Shown here in pieces: positions 1-12,000 of a DNA stretch of 64,000 nucleotides. The notes beneath the pieces were generated by a model that did no database searches, was not told where the DNA came from, and saw only the letters and a list, made by a program, of their open reading frames with translations. Every line of letters starts with the position of its first letter. Position 1 is the stretch's first letter. This stretch comes from Puccinia triticina. Taxonomy: Eukaryota. Both the position numbers and the translations under genes were made by a program. The stretch covers positions 1,364,001 through 1,428,000 of the forward strand of contig CP110440.1 in assembly GCA_026914245.1 (NCBI GenBank). Direction: 5' to 3'.

Positions 1-478
1 CAGCTCGCCGAGAGGGATTCCTCTCGGCGAGCAGGTATACATATACCAGCCCAAGAGGGATCCCTCTCGGCGAGCAGGTATACATATACCAGCTCGCAGC
101 CCCCGAGAGGAATCCCTCTGGGCAAGCTAGTGAATGTACCTGCTCGCCAAGAGGGATCCCTCTTGGGCACCGGCGAGCTGGTATATGTATACCTGCTCGC
201 CAAGAGGAATCCCTCTCGGCGAGCTGGTGTGTGTATACCTGCTTGCCGAGAGGAATCCCTCTTGGCGAGCTGGTGTGTGTATACCAGTGCTCGCCGAGAG
301 GAATCCCTCTTGGCGAACCGGTGTTGTGTATACCAGTGCTCGCCGAGAGGAATCTCTCTCGGCGAGCTGGTATGTATACTTGCTCACCGAGATGAATCCC
401 CTCTCGGCGGCAGGTATACGGATACCAGCTCGCCGAGGCCCAAGAGAGATTCCTCTCGGTGAGCAGGTACATACCTAC
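1..478. repeat. Tandem array of self-complementary ~45-50 bp units (subterminal array of the hAT-like element)
   Basis: Repeated GCTCGCCGAGAGG-(A/G)AT-CCCTCTCGGCGAGC hairpins joined by (T/A)GGTATA..TATACC linkers. The array runs off the left edge of the window. Confidence 0.85.
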
Positions 479-634
479 AAAAAATAACTTGGCAGGTACC
501 GCCGGTACCCGCCAAAAATACCCGGGTACCGCCGCCGCGGGTGCCAAGTACGGGTACGGGTATCTGTTTTGGGCCAAAAAAGCAGGCGGTACCCGGACAC
601 GCGGCGGGTACCCGGGTACCGATTGCCATCTCTA
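1..634. mobile_element. Right end of a hAT-like non-autonomous DNA transposon
   Basis: Ends in GCCATCTCTA (reverse complement TAGAGATGGC) after a GGTACCCG-rich subterminal tract. This is the same terminal architecture as the TSD-flanked element at 32981-57970. It truncates the Copia LTR at 635. Confidence 0.7.
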
Positions 635-751
635 GAACAGGAGTGACAAGGTTGGTTCGTATTGACAAGGTCTCAGCCCGGACAGAGGTCCGGGATGAAG
701 TAGATACGACTGCGGCGAGTGACAGAGTGCGTAGCCCTCTGGGCTACAACA
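635..751 (-). repeat. Copia 3' LTR (truncated by the hAT-like insertion)
   Basis: Matches 10398-10517 and ends ...CTACAACA. Adjacent CCCCCCCTCTC is the PPT on the minus strand. Confidence 0.85.
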
Positions 752-943
752 CCCCCCCTCTCGCCGTAGACGTGGTACTACGTACAAGAGCAAACAACTG
801 AAAGTGAAAGACAACAAATAGAAGCAAGAAAAAAGAAAAAAAAAACATGAAACAAATAGAGGCAAGATGACCGAGATAGAAAAAAAAATCACAAATGAAG
901 TGAAAAAGAAGAAAAAAACATCATAGAGAAAAAAAAATATAAA

Positions 944-3900
944 CTAGGAGCCCTTAATCCTATCTCTCTGGGATGCAAAACTCTCAGGCGGCATGCATTT
1001 GGTAAAAATGTTGGCGAGTTGATCTCTGGTCCCAACCCATTGAAGCTCCGTCTTCTTTTGGAATAATGCCTCATTGGTTATATAAAAGTCCGGGTCCGTG
1101 TGACGCGTTCTCTTGTTGGACGCATTGTCCGTGGCAACCCTGATTGCTGACTGGTTATTGCAAAAGAGATGACCTACAAAATCTATCTTTAGCACGTCCC
1201 TTAAGAGATGCCAAACCCACAGGGTCTGACGGGTTGCTACGCCCAACGCCATATACTCAGCATGGCAAGTCGATGATGCCACCGACTGCTGCCTGCGTGA
1301 TACCCAGAGAACTGGACAATTAAGAAACAAGATTAGTACTCCGTATGATGACCGTGGGAATTCTCCTCCCCAAGACGCATCTGCAAAAGTCTTTATTTGT
1401 TTAGCATCACTTTTTGGAAAAATAAATAGGCACTGATCCTTGCTGCCTGCCAGATAATTCACAAGATGTCTTACTCCTTTCCAGTGTGCTGGGCCTGGTT
1501 TTGCCGCAAACCTTGCAAGATAATTCACCGCAAAACAGATGTCCGGTTGAGTCCCTACCGCCAGGTAGCTAAAAGACCCTATGACAGAGAGGTATTTTCC
1601 TGAGTCCGCCGCGATTCCGTTCTCGTCCGTCGTGGCATTGAAACCTGCTGGCAGAGGTTTTGAAGCCGTGGCAATGCCATCCCAGTGTTTGTCTAGGATC
1701 CCAGCCACTAGTTCTTTCTGAAATAACTCGAAGCCGCGAGCCGATCGCAAGACATTGAGCCCTACAATGGATTCAATGTCGTGGGACCATTTTATCTTCA
1801 AGATGTCTTTGAAATCGGCTTCTAGTTTCTTCAGGAGCGCCGGACTGGATGCCGTGACAACACCGTTGTCCACGTGAAGCCACACAACACCCGCTTCGTC
1901 TGGATGTTGGAGAATGTACAAGCTATTGTCATATTGCGAAGGAGAATAGCCAAATTTGTCTAGGACCGCTTTTAAGTGTAGCCACCAGCAGCGCGCTGCT
2001 TGCCTAGTGCCGTACAGAGCCTTTTTCAGAAGGAGCGCATGGCCTGGTGGCGTCACCATTCCTTCAGGAGGTTTCACCCAGACTTCCTTGTCTATTGGCG
2101 AGTTCAGGTACGCCGCCACGAAATCAAAGCTTTGTACCGGCCATCCGTAAGCCGCCGCAACAACCAGAAGTAGACGGAGTGATACAAAGGTGGCCGTCGG
2201 CGCGAAAGTTGCATTGAAATCTTCGCCTTCCACTTGAGTAAAACCCTTCGCTACATATCTAGCCTTGAAACGCACCCCTGATCCCGCCGCTTCTGTTTTC
2301 GTCGCAAACACCCATCGCCCGCCTAGAGCCTTCTTATCTTCCGGTTTCAGCTTGAGAATCCAGACCCGCATTTTCTCCAGGTTAGACAGTTCAACAGCAA
2401 TTGCCTTCGACCACGCCTCTTTCTCCGGGGAATTCATTGCCTGTTTGAATGTTTTCGGCACTGAGATTGCATAAAACTGGCAAAGATCAATGATTTTATC
2501 TACAATGAGTTCTTGATTGGTGAACTCAATCTCTTGCAAGAAATCGCCAAGCTGCAGTAAATTCATGACATAGTCCACCGTCAGTTTTGGGCTTGAAGTA
2601 ACTGGTCTGTCCGCGGCCTGTGTGTTATCTGATTCCTCGGCTTGTCTGTCAACAGGAATCGCCCCAGTAGGCGACTTCTTCACCGTCGGCACATCCACAA
2701 GGTCCCCAGGGAAACGTACCATCGCGGACGAGACAAAACGCCGCTGATTTGGTATCCAAAAGAGCCAACCTCTACTCTGCTCAAGGTGCGCAATCACATA
2801 GCCTTTCAGCGCCCGTTCGTCCAGTTTTTTGCGTTTTTCATGAGGAATATGTACCTAGCCTGTACTCCCAAAAACCCGGAAGTTATCGTATTGTGGCTTT
2901 TGATCAAACAGAGCTTTGTACGGCGTCTTGTCACCACTTGCTTTGTTGGGCAACCTGTTGAGGACGTAAGTTGCCCACACAACCACATAGCTCCAGAATT
3001 CCTTCAGGAGGGGGCTGTCAATAAGAATCGTCCGCCCTGTGTCTGCGACTGTCCGGTTGAAACGCTCAATGACACCATTCTGATAGTGGTGGTATGGTAG
3101 CACCTTCTCCGCCGCTATGCCTCGCGCTGCCAAGAAGTCCGTTAGTTTCTGATTAGCGAATTCACCGCCGTTGTTGCTCCTGAGGGTCTTCACTTGATGT
3201 CCTGTGGCTTGCTCTGAACAAGTGATGATTTCCATAATGTGTTGATTGGCCTCCAATTTTTTCTTCAGAACCTTCACAAACGAGTATCCTGAAGCTACGT
3301 CTCGCATGGTGAGCAGTTATTTGCCCCCTTCCACCGAATCAACCTGGAAGGGTCCCATCAAATCCGCCGACAAAACATCCAAACAATCTACTTTTTGCAA
3401 AGTTGAAGCTAAAGGGTTAATATGAGTACTTTTGCTTATGGTGCACACGGGAAAGTGTATCTTCCCTGCAGGTATTTCTCCAGGCAGGCCATTTCCAAGC
3501 TGGCCTTTGATTATGCGTCTAACATGTTGCAGGCTCGCGTGTCCAAATGCTCAGTGATAAAAGAGCAATTTTACTTCATCTTTGCTCAGTGTCTCTGGCT
3601 TCCATTGATAATCAGTGGCTGCTACCAGAGGCTCCTTGAAAAAATCCTCCAAATTTGGGGTATTAGCTTTAGACGCAAGCATAGAGATATCATTGCCACT
3701 TGGATTAGACGCAACCACAGAGACAGGAGATATATTCTGGGAAAGGGAATCTGAAGATGAGACAATGGGTAAGCTGGACGGGGAAGAGGAAACAGAATTG
3801 TGTGAGGCAGATGGAAAAGAGATCGGACAAGAGGGTTCCGAAGATAGCGCGCAAGACATAAGAAACTTTGGTTGGTCTTCCAATCAATGACTACCTGCCC

Positions 3901-5878
3901 TGATCATGGGGTAAGGCATACACCAGCGGTTTTTGGCTGGTTTGAAGACGCAGTCGAAGAGATGCTTGCCCAACATCCTAGATATCTTGAAAGTATCTGT
4001 GGCGTTATCATAATTAACCAACGTGTTAGCTTTGCAAAGCGCTGCCATTGATATAAGAGTGGCTTTTGCTTGCTCACAAAACAAAACATGCCGCAGGGCA
4101 ATGACAGTCCCATCCGGTGCTTGGAACTTTAGGGTTCCCACCCCGGTAATAGACGACCCGGGTCCGCTGGTAGCTACAGACACGCCAATGGGTTTTGGGA
4201 GGATACAGAAGTCGTGAAGGAGTGATTTATAACCAGTGAAACCGTGAGAGGCACCGGTATCAAAAATTGCAGTCTCACTCACCAGATAATCTCCCAAAGC
4301 CATGGAGTGAAAATTGAGGTCATCCAGGTCGTCCGGCAAGCCATTGACCTCAACCACGTGCGCTGAGACCCCCCCTTTTGCCGGTGTTGGTTTCGACGAT
4401 GTCAAAGGCCAATTCTGTTGGAAGGTCGGTCAATTCGCGGACTGGTAGCGGGGCCGGTAGTAGTCCGCTAGATGCCGCGCATGTTCTTGATTGCGCGAGG
4501 GGGGGTTCATGGTCCGCTTGAAGTTCGTTCTGGTGAATCTTCCCGAGTCGACCTGTGTCCCGCTTGGAAGTTGACCGTATATTGTCCCAACTATTGTCCC
4601 AATCACCAGACCCATTCTTCCGCTGGCTGACTTTGATCTAGACTGATCCGGGCAGTTCCTGGCATAATGATTTTCGCCACCGCATTGCCAACACTTGTGT
4701 GCTGTAAGTGCGTAGAAGTCCAGCGCATCTACCCATTCACTCTCATCAACATCTACTAGAAAAGCTGATACATCAAAGGTGTCATATTCCGGGGTTGATG
4801 TGAGAAGCGCCGACAGAGGGTTTGCTCAGGTGAAACCGGGGTTTTTGCTTAAGTTTGAGTCCATCAGATGCTTGTGCTGGTACTTGCAAATGTCGAGGAC
4901 CTTCAGGATAGCTTCAAACGGAGGACAGCGGCCTTTCTTGTCATCTTGTACTCACTTTTTGACTCGCAATTTGAAGGCTTTCTTGTACGGCGCATCGGAC
5001 TCCATCACGGCCGCTTGGAGGACAAAACCTTGGTAGGCATCCATCCCAAACGTCACGTTTATTGCTAGCCACTCTGCGTTGAGATCCCGCATTGTCGATG
5101 CTATGCTGGCATTGTGTCCATCCGGGTCGAATTTGAAACGGCGAAATTTGTAGAAGATGCTCATTTGCGCCGCCCTAGACAAGGTTTTGAACTTCGCGAG
5201 CAGTGCCAAGAACATAGCAAAGCATGTCGGCAAAGTTCGCATTTCTGCCACTAGTGAGTGATTGATGCTGGCAATGAGAACTACCCGACCTATCTTCTCG
5301 TATGTTAGATTGTCACACTCCTGGAAAAAGAAATGGGCCATCTTCAAGTTTGCCCGAGCAACTTCCGCCAGATTTTGATACCAGTCACCGAAGTTGGATC
5401 CATCGGCCTTGAGGCTGTTGATCGCTTGGAATTGGGAATTTGCTGTCTGTGTCGCGGTACCAACTAGTTTACTTTGCTTCAAGTGAAATTTGGCTTCTTC
5501 AAAGTCTCTGATTTCCTTGGCGAGCCGCTCGTCCGCCGCTAATTGTTGTGGCCGTTCCGCTATTTGGGTTTGAACAAAAGGTGCCGCTGCGCGAGGAGTC
5601 GGAGTGGTACCTCTGGGCAATTGAGGGTCTATGTGAGGAGGCAAACCTCGGGACGCAGGATGGTTGTCCGTCAGGTGAGTGTCTTTTGTCCTGAGCACTT
5701 GCTTTCCTTTTTGTTGACCAGGGCCCGCGGTAGTTTCAGGACTAGGGGGAAGTTCAAATTTCAACTGGAGTATGGCTATGTCTTCTGCCAATCTAGTACG
5801 GTGGGAGATGTCGTCGATCAGCCAGTTGGACGTTCCTACTGATTTCAAGGTCGATGGAGGGTTATTCGATGGGGTCAT
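944..5878 (-). pseudogene. Copia gag-pol polyprotein, broken by frameshifts and stops
   Basis: gag 4952-5878 (DGSNFGDW); Zn knuckle remnant ~4660-4700; protease IFDTGASHGFTG; integrase LRSNNGGEF...QNGVIERFNRT; RT FKARYVAKGFTQ, LKKALYGTRQA, HVDN; RNase H ADASWG, SSTCHAEY. Confidence 0.92.
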
Positions 5879-8257
5879 TATTTGTTATTGGAGGAAATAG
5901 GGGAAAAATTAGGAAGGGAATAAAAAAGGAAAAGGGGAATTGGAAAAAAGTGATTGGAGTAGGTTTGATAGAGTGAGGGAGAAAAAAAATATTGTTGAAA
6001 GGAATAAGATTTGGGGGATTTTCAAGATTCGGATGATGAGATAAGGGGAATATAGGATTTGGATCGGTGGTGTTTTGGGTGGATGTTGATGTGGATTGAG
6101 CAAGAAGAAGAGTAAAAAAAATTGGAGGGGTTGTCCTCGATTTCTTCCCAAACGGTCGAGTCAGAACTTTGTTACCACCAACAGCAAGCGGGACTGGGCC
6201 ACAGGCCTGTGTTCAAGAAGATGGCTAGTCTCTCTAGCTGTCAATGATTGTCAAGTCCAAACTCTAACACCCAAAAAGAAAGTATTGTCCAGAGAATTGT
6301 TGATGATCCGGATAAACAAGACCAATGAGAGTTTGCGCGAGACAGAGGACAAAAAAGATAAGCCAATGAGGAACTCTGTCTGATGCTAGGCCGGCAGCAG
6401 TTGGGGGAGGGGAATGGAAAAAAAAGAAAGGGAAATGTGTTGTATTCCCTCCGGGGTGATTGGCCGTGAGTGAGCGCTGAGATTAGTGTAAGCGTGGGGG
6501 GGTTTTGATTTTACAACGGCTGGAGATGCGCGTTGGCGGGTTTTGTTTTGAGAGGGAGCCGGGGATACTGCCGGCGGGGTTGTGATCTAAACCAGAGGAT
6601 GGAAGAGATTGGTGTTGCGGGGTAATGAACTTAAAGACGTGAGACTTCGGGCAGACAGTTGCCAAGACTGAGAACTTTGAATTTGATGGAAGACTGAATT
6701 TCTGGTTCAGAGTTGGTCCATGCCGCTCCAAAGCCTGAGTTCAAACTGAACTCAAACCTTGGAGTTTGTGACATCTCACAGACAGCTCATCACAACCTAG
6801 CGCGCACGCGCGCTACAACAAAACAAGACCAGAGACAGAAACAAAGCAAAAAAAAAACAAAAAACCAAGACCAACCCTCCTTATCCAAACCTGTCCAAAG
6901 CACGCAGAGTGAAAGATAAAAAGCAAACAGTCATGCTGAAAAGAAAACTGACATGAGAACCAAAACACCAACACAGAAACAAAGGGAAGGAAAGGAGGAA
7001 AGGGAAAGAAAACCTGAAACGCCTTGAGGATGCGCCACGCTGCGCCGTTGAACTTGAGGAGGCCTTGAGGGCTGAAAGCTTCGCCATAACTTTGATTGAG
7101 TCGCGGGACTCAATCAGATTACCTAATCATATTTGATTGAGTCGCGGGACTCAATGATGGCCGCCAGCGCGCGCAATGCGCAAAAAATCTTGATCCCACA
7201 CGTGTACCAGTCTGTCCACCACACCGACCTCCCAACAAATTGTTAGTAAGTCGGATAGACAAGCCAATTAAGCTTGACGGTTGGTATGGAATCAAAAACA
7301 ATCCAAGTTTATTAAAGTCTCTGAATCACAAAACAAAACTTCAAGGGTTTCCCCTACAAATCTCCAAAAATCACAAAAAAAATCAAGGGTTTCCCCTCTA
7401 CAACTTCCAGAAAAAAACTGAAGGTTTTTCCCTCTACAAATGCCAAAATTAACAAAAAAGCACAATTTTAAAACAACCTGCAACCAGCCACCTAACATCA
7501 GCAAGCTGATGCACCGTGGCCCACTGTCCATCCCTGTCTAGCAGGGTTAAAAAACAGTGAGAGGATGACCCCCAGCGCGCCACATTGAAGGCATTATGCA
7601 AAGGGGGGCCAACAAGTTTAGCCCCTCAAACTGCGCAAGTGCAACAGCGGAGGGGGTGAGGACGAACCGCACGCTGGAAGTACAGCAGCAGAGGACGCCC
7701 TGGGGGATTAGCCAAACACAAGATCCTCCCCCCTTTTATACGCCATGGACCAGCAAGCTTGCCTCAAGCCTTGCCCTGGACTAGCCTGGACTCCGCTTGC
7801 ATGTTCACGGCAACGCCACCACCACGGCCCACGCCACCTATGTATGTATTTTTGACCCGCAAGGCATTAGCTACGGCTTGGATCTTCTGGCCATTCTGGT
7901 CAACATCCGATGTGTGCTACTGGAAGCTGAAATTGACCTTAGAATTTGCCCTGTTGGGGGCATTGCGGCGCCACCGACATGTCCCTTTGACACCAATGTA
8001 TGGATATATTCCAGGAATATCCTATGGGGGCCTGCAAAATACACCTTGACTTGCAACAGCCTCCGAGCAAAAAATCAAACACAGCCTCAGAAACACCATC
8101 CTCACACTCCCACTCGAACTTCCCCCAGCCTCCAAAGGGCCAACCATCACTGCTGCGAATCAACCCCACCCATCATCCCCACCATCACCAGGAAGCAGCA
8201 GATTACTCCAAGATTACCACCACATCAATCTCCTCCTACAACTACGATGTCGAATGT

Positions 8258-8381
8258 GTAAAACTGCTCAACAAGGTCAGCAACAAAGCCCCGGGATTCT
8301 CAACTGTTGGTGGTGAAAGAAGCTCGCCAGATACCGCCAGAGATCCTCATTGTTTATCAGTCAAGATCAAGAACAAGGAAG
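8258..8381 (+). pseudogene. Captured catalase exon fragment
   Basis: Translates ...FSTVGGERSSPDTARDPHCLSVKIKNKEG, matching the heme-catalase signature RFSTVxGExGSxDTxRDPRGFxVKFxTxEG. Followed by a GT donor at 8382. Confidence 0.75.
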
Positions 8382-8456
8382 GTATTTCCTCTCCGATCTC
8401 GGTCCGACTGCCTCACTCCTAAAGCTGATTGTATTTGCTTGTCAACCATGATCCAG

Positions 8457-8852
8457 CTTCTTTCCCAACGGGGATGCATTTGCTACGGGCTTGGAAGACG
8501 CCTCATGCTCGCTGTTTGACCTGAGGGCCGACCGCGAGCTGAATCAGTACACACACGACAACGTGCTCTGCGGGATCACCTCGGTTGCCTTCTCTGCCTC
8601 GCCCCGGATCCTCTTCGCGGGCTACAACTAATTCAACTGCAACTTCTGGGAAAAGCTGAAGGTCAAAATAGCTGGTTTTCTGGCCTACCATGAGAACTGC
8701 ATCTTGGTGTCTTGTCTGACCAAATGGCGACTCGTACAGGCGGCTGGGATAGCATTCTCAAGGTCAGCACTCCTTCACATTTTCTGCCCGGATTGCCTTG
8801 CTCACCTCGCTCCGGTTGTTGTTGTGTTTGTTTCTGTCTAGGTCTGGGCACC
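8457..8852 (+). pseudogene. Captured heterotrimeric G-protein beta subunit C-terminal fragment (WD40), with intron
   Basis: [63 protein letters not shown]...HEN...TGGWDSILK|GT-AG intron|VWA. This closely follows the G-beta C-terminus and has an internal stop. Confidence 0.9.
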
Positions 8853-10372
8853 AAACAACTACACTCGTACATGTTATAATCTTTCTGCAGCAACAAACCT
8901 CAAGACAAGTTTGTCCCTCGCGGACGGGGTCCTGCGAGTATGTTCCAACTTTTAATCAGCTTTACCACCCTCAAAGAACGCTCAACTTAATCCTCTGGCG
9001 TTCCATGTCAGCCAACAGCTTGGTCCGTGCAGCCCGTTGGCTCTCCAATTGACAAGCACAGCGCATCAGCCAACACCGTCGGGGGTCCAGGCCAATGAGG
9101 TCCTTTTGGAGGATTCCCTTGCTGATAGCCCACAACGCGTTGGCTGGGCGACACGGTTGAGCGGGCGGGGCTCCTTGGCATAACCGGCACAATTGTTCTT
9201 GCCGATCTTTTGAGCGGAACAGCGTTGAGTGGCCCAAATGATCCTTGACCCCACCCCGCAGATCCTCGACACCGTCTTCCATCAACAATAACTGCGGCAA
9301 GAAAAGGAACAACGGGTGAAGGCACTCCACCAAGCCCGGCTCCAAAGCGTGCGCGAAGATCTCATTTTTAATGATAAATTCTCTCCGACTCCGCAGGAGA
9401 CCTTATGATCACCGCTGATATTTCTGAAGATCCTCATGCGCGGCAGTTCGTGGCAGATGTGCTTTAATTGCCGATGGTCCCCACTACCCCCACTACTTAA
9501 AATACCTCCAGCACCTTTGGCATTGGCGGATCAACAAATGCTACATCATCAATACTGAACTCATTCTCCTCCCTGATTCAATAATTCTACAATCTCAAGG
9601 CAGTTCCTTTATCACAATCCACTTGACACTTGTCGAGTCACATTGACCTTCAAGACCTTTGTTTCCTCACTGATTGGTCTATCCACTCTATAAACGTTGA
9701 AACTACTGTTCAAGCCAATCCCATGCTTGCTGTCAATCCCTACAAGAATTACTGTCTATACGATTTATTGATCATCATGACAAAAGCTTAAGCTGGTGCT
9801 GTGGCAAATTGGTACCTGGTTTCCAATGAAAATAAATCATGTCTGCACCACACATTATTACCACATAAGAAACCAACAAAATCTTATTGGGTACAAAAAC
9901 ATCACAAAATAGTAGGATTTTCATTGTTCCTGTCACTGGATGCACCCTAAGGATGGATACACCTTTATTTAATTTCAACAACTGAAAAATTGATCCACAT
10001 TAACATTGAGATATTGAAAACATGAGATCCCATGAGTAAAACATTTCATTGTTTCTTGGAAATCAGGTGGATCTCAGTGTATCAATATATATGGAAATTA
10101 GAGTTCACATTCATCAAATGGGGAATCTATTCCACACTTGGCCGCTTTCCTTGGGGGAGGTATGATGGTGAGAATGATGGGTTTGGTGGTGAGGGTTTGA
10201 AGAGTTGGGGGAAATGGGGATTATACATAATTGCAAATAGAAACATGAGTGCCCTGCAGCGGCGTAGCCGCCTTGGCCTCTAGTGTGTATGATAAGATAG
10301 AGATCCGTATGATTAGTACAGCGACCTGTTAACTATGATCTGTAGCTTGCAGTGGGATAAATAGAGCGTCAG

Positions 10373-10384
10373 GGGCTCATAACC
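10373..10384 (-). promoter_or_regulatory. Copia primer-binding site GGTTATGAGCCC
   Basis: Directly follows the 5' LTR on the minus strand. Same type as the GGTTATGxGCCC tRNA-iMet-fragment PBS of copia-like elements. Confidence 0.75.
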
Positions 10385-10517
10385 TGCTGTGACTTGGGAA
10401 CAGGAGTGACAAGGTTGGTTTGTATTGACAATGTCTCAGCCCGGACAGAGGTCCGAGATGAGGTAGATACCGCGACTGCGGCGAGTGACAGAGTGCGTAG
10501 CCCTCTGGGCTACAACA
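10385..10517 (-). repeat. Copia 5' LTR (133 bp)
   Basis: TG...CA ends, near-identical to 635-751, abuts the PBS. Confidence 0.85.
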
Positions 10518-10522
10518 CCTCC

Positions 10523-11543
10523 CCCTGGGGATGACTTGAGAGCCCTACAGGTTATTTTTACCCAAGAGGTTGTAAGACCCCTGTGCCTTGGGTTTCATAA
10601 ACCTTCAACAAGACCCAACTCAGACCAAATATATTTAGTCATGTTGCCTCCTCCCCTCCTTAGAAAATGGGAAGTTACACTATCTAGGTCCCTTAGATGT
10701 CATTTAGTTATCCAGTGCCATGTGTTGTGAAAAACAACATAAACAGAATCTGTGGGTGCCAAAAGAAAGCTTGAATGTTTCTTAAAAGAATGATACCTAA
10801 TTTCTTCAAAGAAACTCCTGTTTCTGATTTTGAAATGTCAATTATGTCATCAAAAATTAGTTATAATCAGCTAGCCTAAGTTACCCAGATAACTAATTTT
10901 TGATCTTAAAAATGATATTTCAACATGAAAGATATGAGTTTCTTGGATCAAATTAGAGCTCATCTTGTTGAGCAACCTTCAAGCTTTCTTTTGACACCCA
11001 CATATTCTATTCATGTTGTTATTCAAACCACATAGGACCTGATAACCAAATGACATCCAAGCAACCTGGATAGCGTAACTTCCCATTTTTCCTCCTAGCT
11101 CAACACATTCAACCCCAACTGACTTTCTCTCTGAAATAGGTGAGCTTTCCAATCTTTTCTCATTCCCATTTTTCTTTTATCTAGTCTTCTATATAGCAGG
11201 GAACCAAAACCAACTGACTGTCTCATTGTAATTCATCCCAACCATTAGCTTCAGAAATTGCTGAGACCCCATCTCCACTGTTCCGTTTTTACCGAAATTC
11301 AAATTAATTTTCTAGGTAGTTGTGGGGCTCTGTCTAGATAGAACAGAAATACTCAGAGATAACAGAATGGACAGCTGAACTAGCTTAGAGAGAAATTCAG
11401 TTGAGGTAGGGTCTGCTGAGCTAGCAATTAAGCGGAGGAGGGATCTGAGTTGGGTCTTGTGAAAGGTTTATAAAACCCAAGGCCCAGGTTCTTACAACCT
11501 CTTGGGACAAAATAACCTGTAGGGCTCTAAGTCATCCCCAGGG
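10523..11543. mobile_element. Non-autonomous TIR element with ~105-bp imperfect TIRs
   Basis: CCCTGGGGATGACTT...GAGCCCTACAGGTTATTTT...ACAAGACCCAACTCAGA at 10523-10624 is inverted at ~11445-11543. No clear TSD and no ORF. Confidence 0.75.
10663..11091. mobile_element. Foldback MITE (~200-bp arms) nested in the TIR element
   Basis: GAAAATGGGAAGTTAC...ATCAAAAATTAGTTAT is mirrored by ATAACTAATTTTTGAT...GTAACTTCCCATTTTTC, with a very short spacer near 10870. Confidence 0.75.
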
Positions 11544-11614
11544 CACGCAGTTAACTTAGGCACATTTTGCAGTTTGAAGTTGTTTTTCCAAAAAAAAAAA
11601 AAAAAAGGAGGGTT

Positions 11615-12000
11615 GGGGGGGAAAATGACCTTGTAAATGTTTTTTGAAACCTTATAAATTTAACTTGGCTAACCACTGTCATTAATTTTTACAAGGTGCT
11701 TTTGCAAGGTGTTTTACTATTTCAAGATTTCCCTTGTAAAATTCAAGATTTTGCTAACAATGTGCAATTTTGAAAGGTCATTTTCTTACAAGGTCACCCC
11801 TTGCAAAAATATACCTTGTGAAATTACACATGGAAAATCTGAGGTGGAAATTTACAAGGTCTTTTTTGCGAGGACTTCCATTACAAGGTCAAGATTTGGA
11901 CAACTCCTTGTAAAATTACACATCACCCCCCCCCCCAATGTGTAATTTTACAAGGCCTTGTACCTTGTAAAACACACCTTGTAAAATTAAATACCCCCAT
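11615..12000. repeat. Cluster of CCTTGTAAA/TTTACAAGG motifs in both orientations (probable MITE remnant)
   Basis: About ten or more copies of the motif or close variants in ~390 bp. Confidence 0.5.

Larger units (their letters stand above)
7302..10283 (+). mobile_element. Non-autonomous Helitron A with captured gene fragments
   Basis: 5' A^TCCAAGTTTATTAAA; 3' hairpin GCGGC-GTA-GCCGC then CTTGGCCT-CTAG^T. Inserted between A and T with no TSD. The same termini recur at 12297/17934 and 17765/14417. Confidence 0.85.
635..10517 (-). mobile_element. Ty1/Copia LTR retrotransposon, decayed, interrupted by a Helitron and a hAT-like element
   Basis: LTR pair 10385-10517 and 635-751 (4 substitutions plus a 3-bp indel over ~117 bp). 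PBS GGTTATGAGCCC at 10384-10373, polypurine tract at ~752-761, and gag-PR-IN-RT-RH order on the minus strand. Confidence 0.85.

Noticed and set aside
1..478. CRISPR-like array of palindromic repeats
   Set aside because: The linkers are themselves repeated rather than unique spacers, there are no cas genes, and the context is eukaryotic. It sits inside a transposon end.
6156..6180. TGGTAACAAAG (minus strand) as the Copia PBS with an LTR just beyond
   Set aside because: No TG-starting LTR adjoins it and nothing there matches 635-751. The matching LTR and PBS are at 10373-10517.
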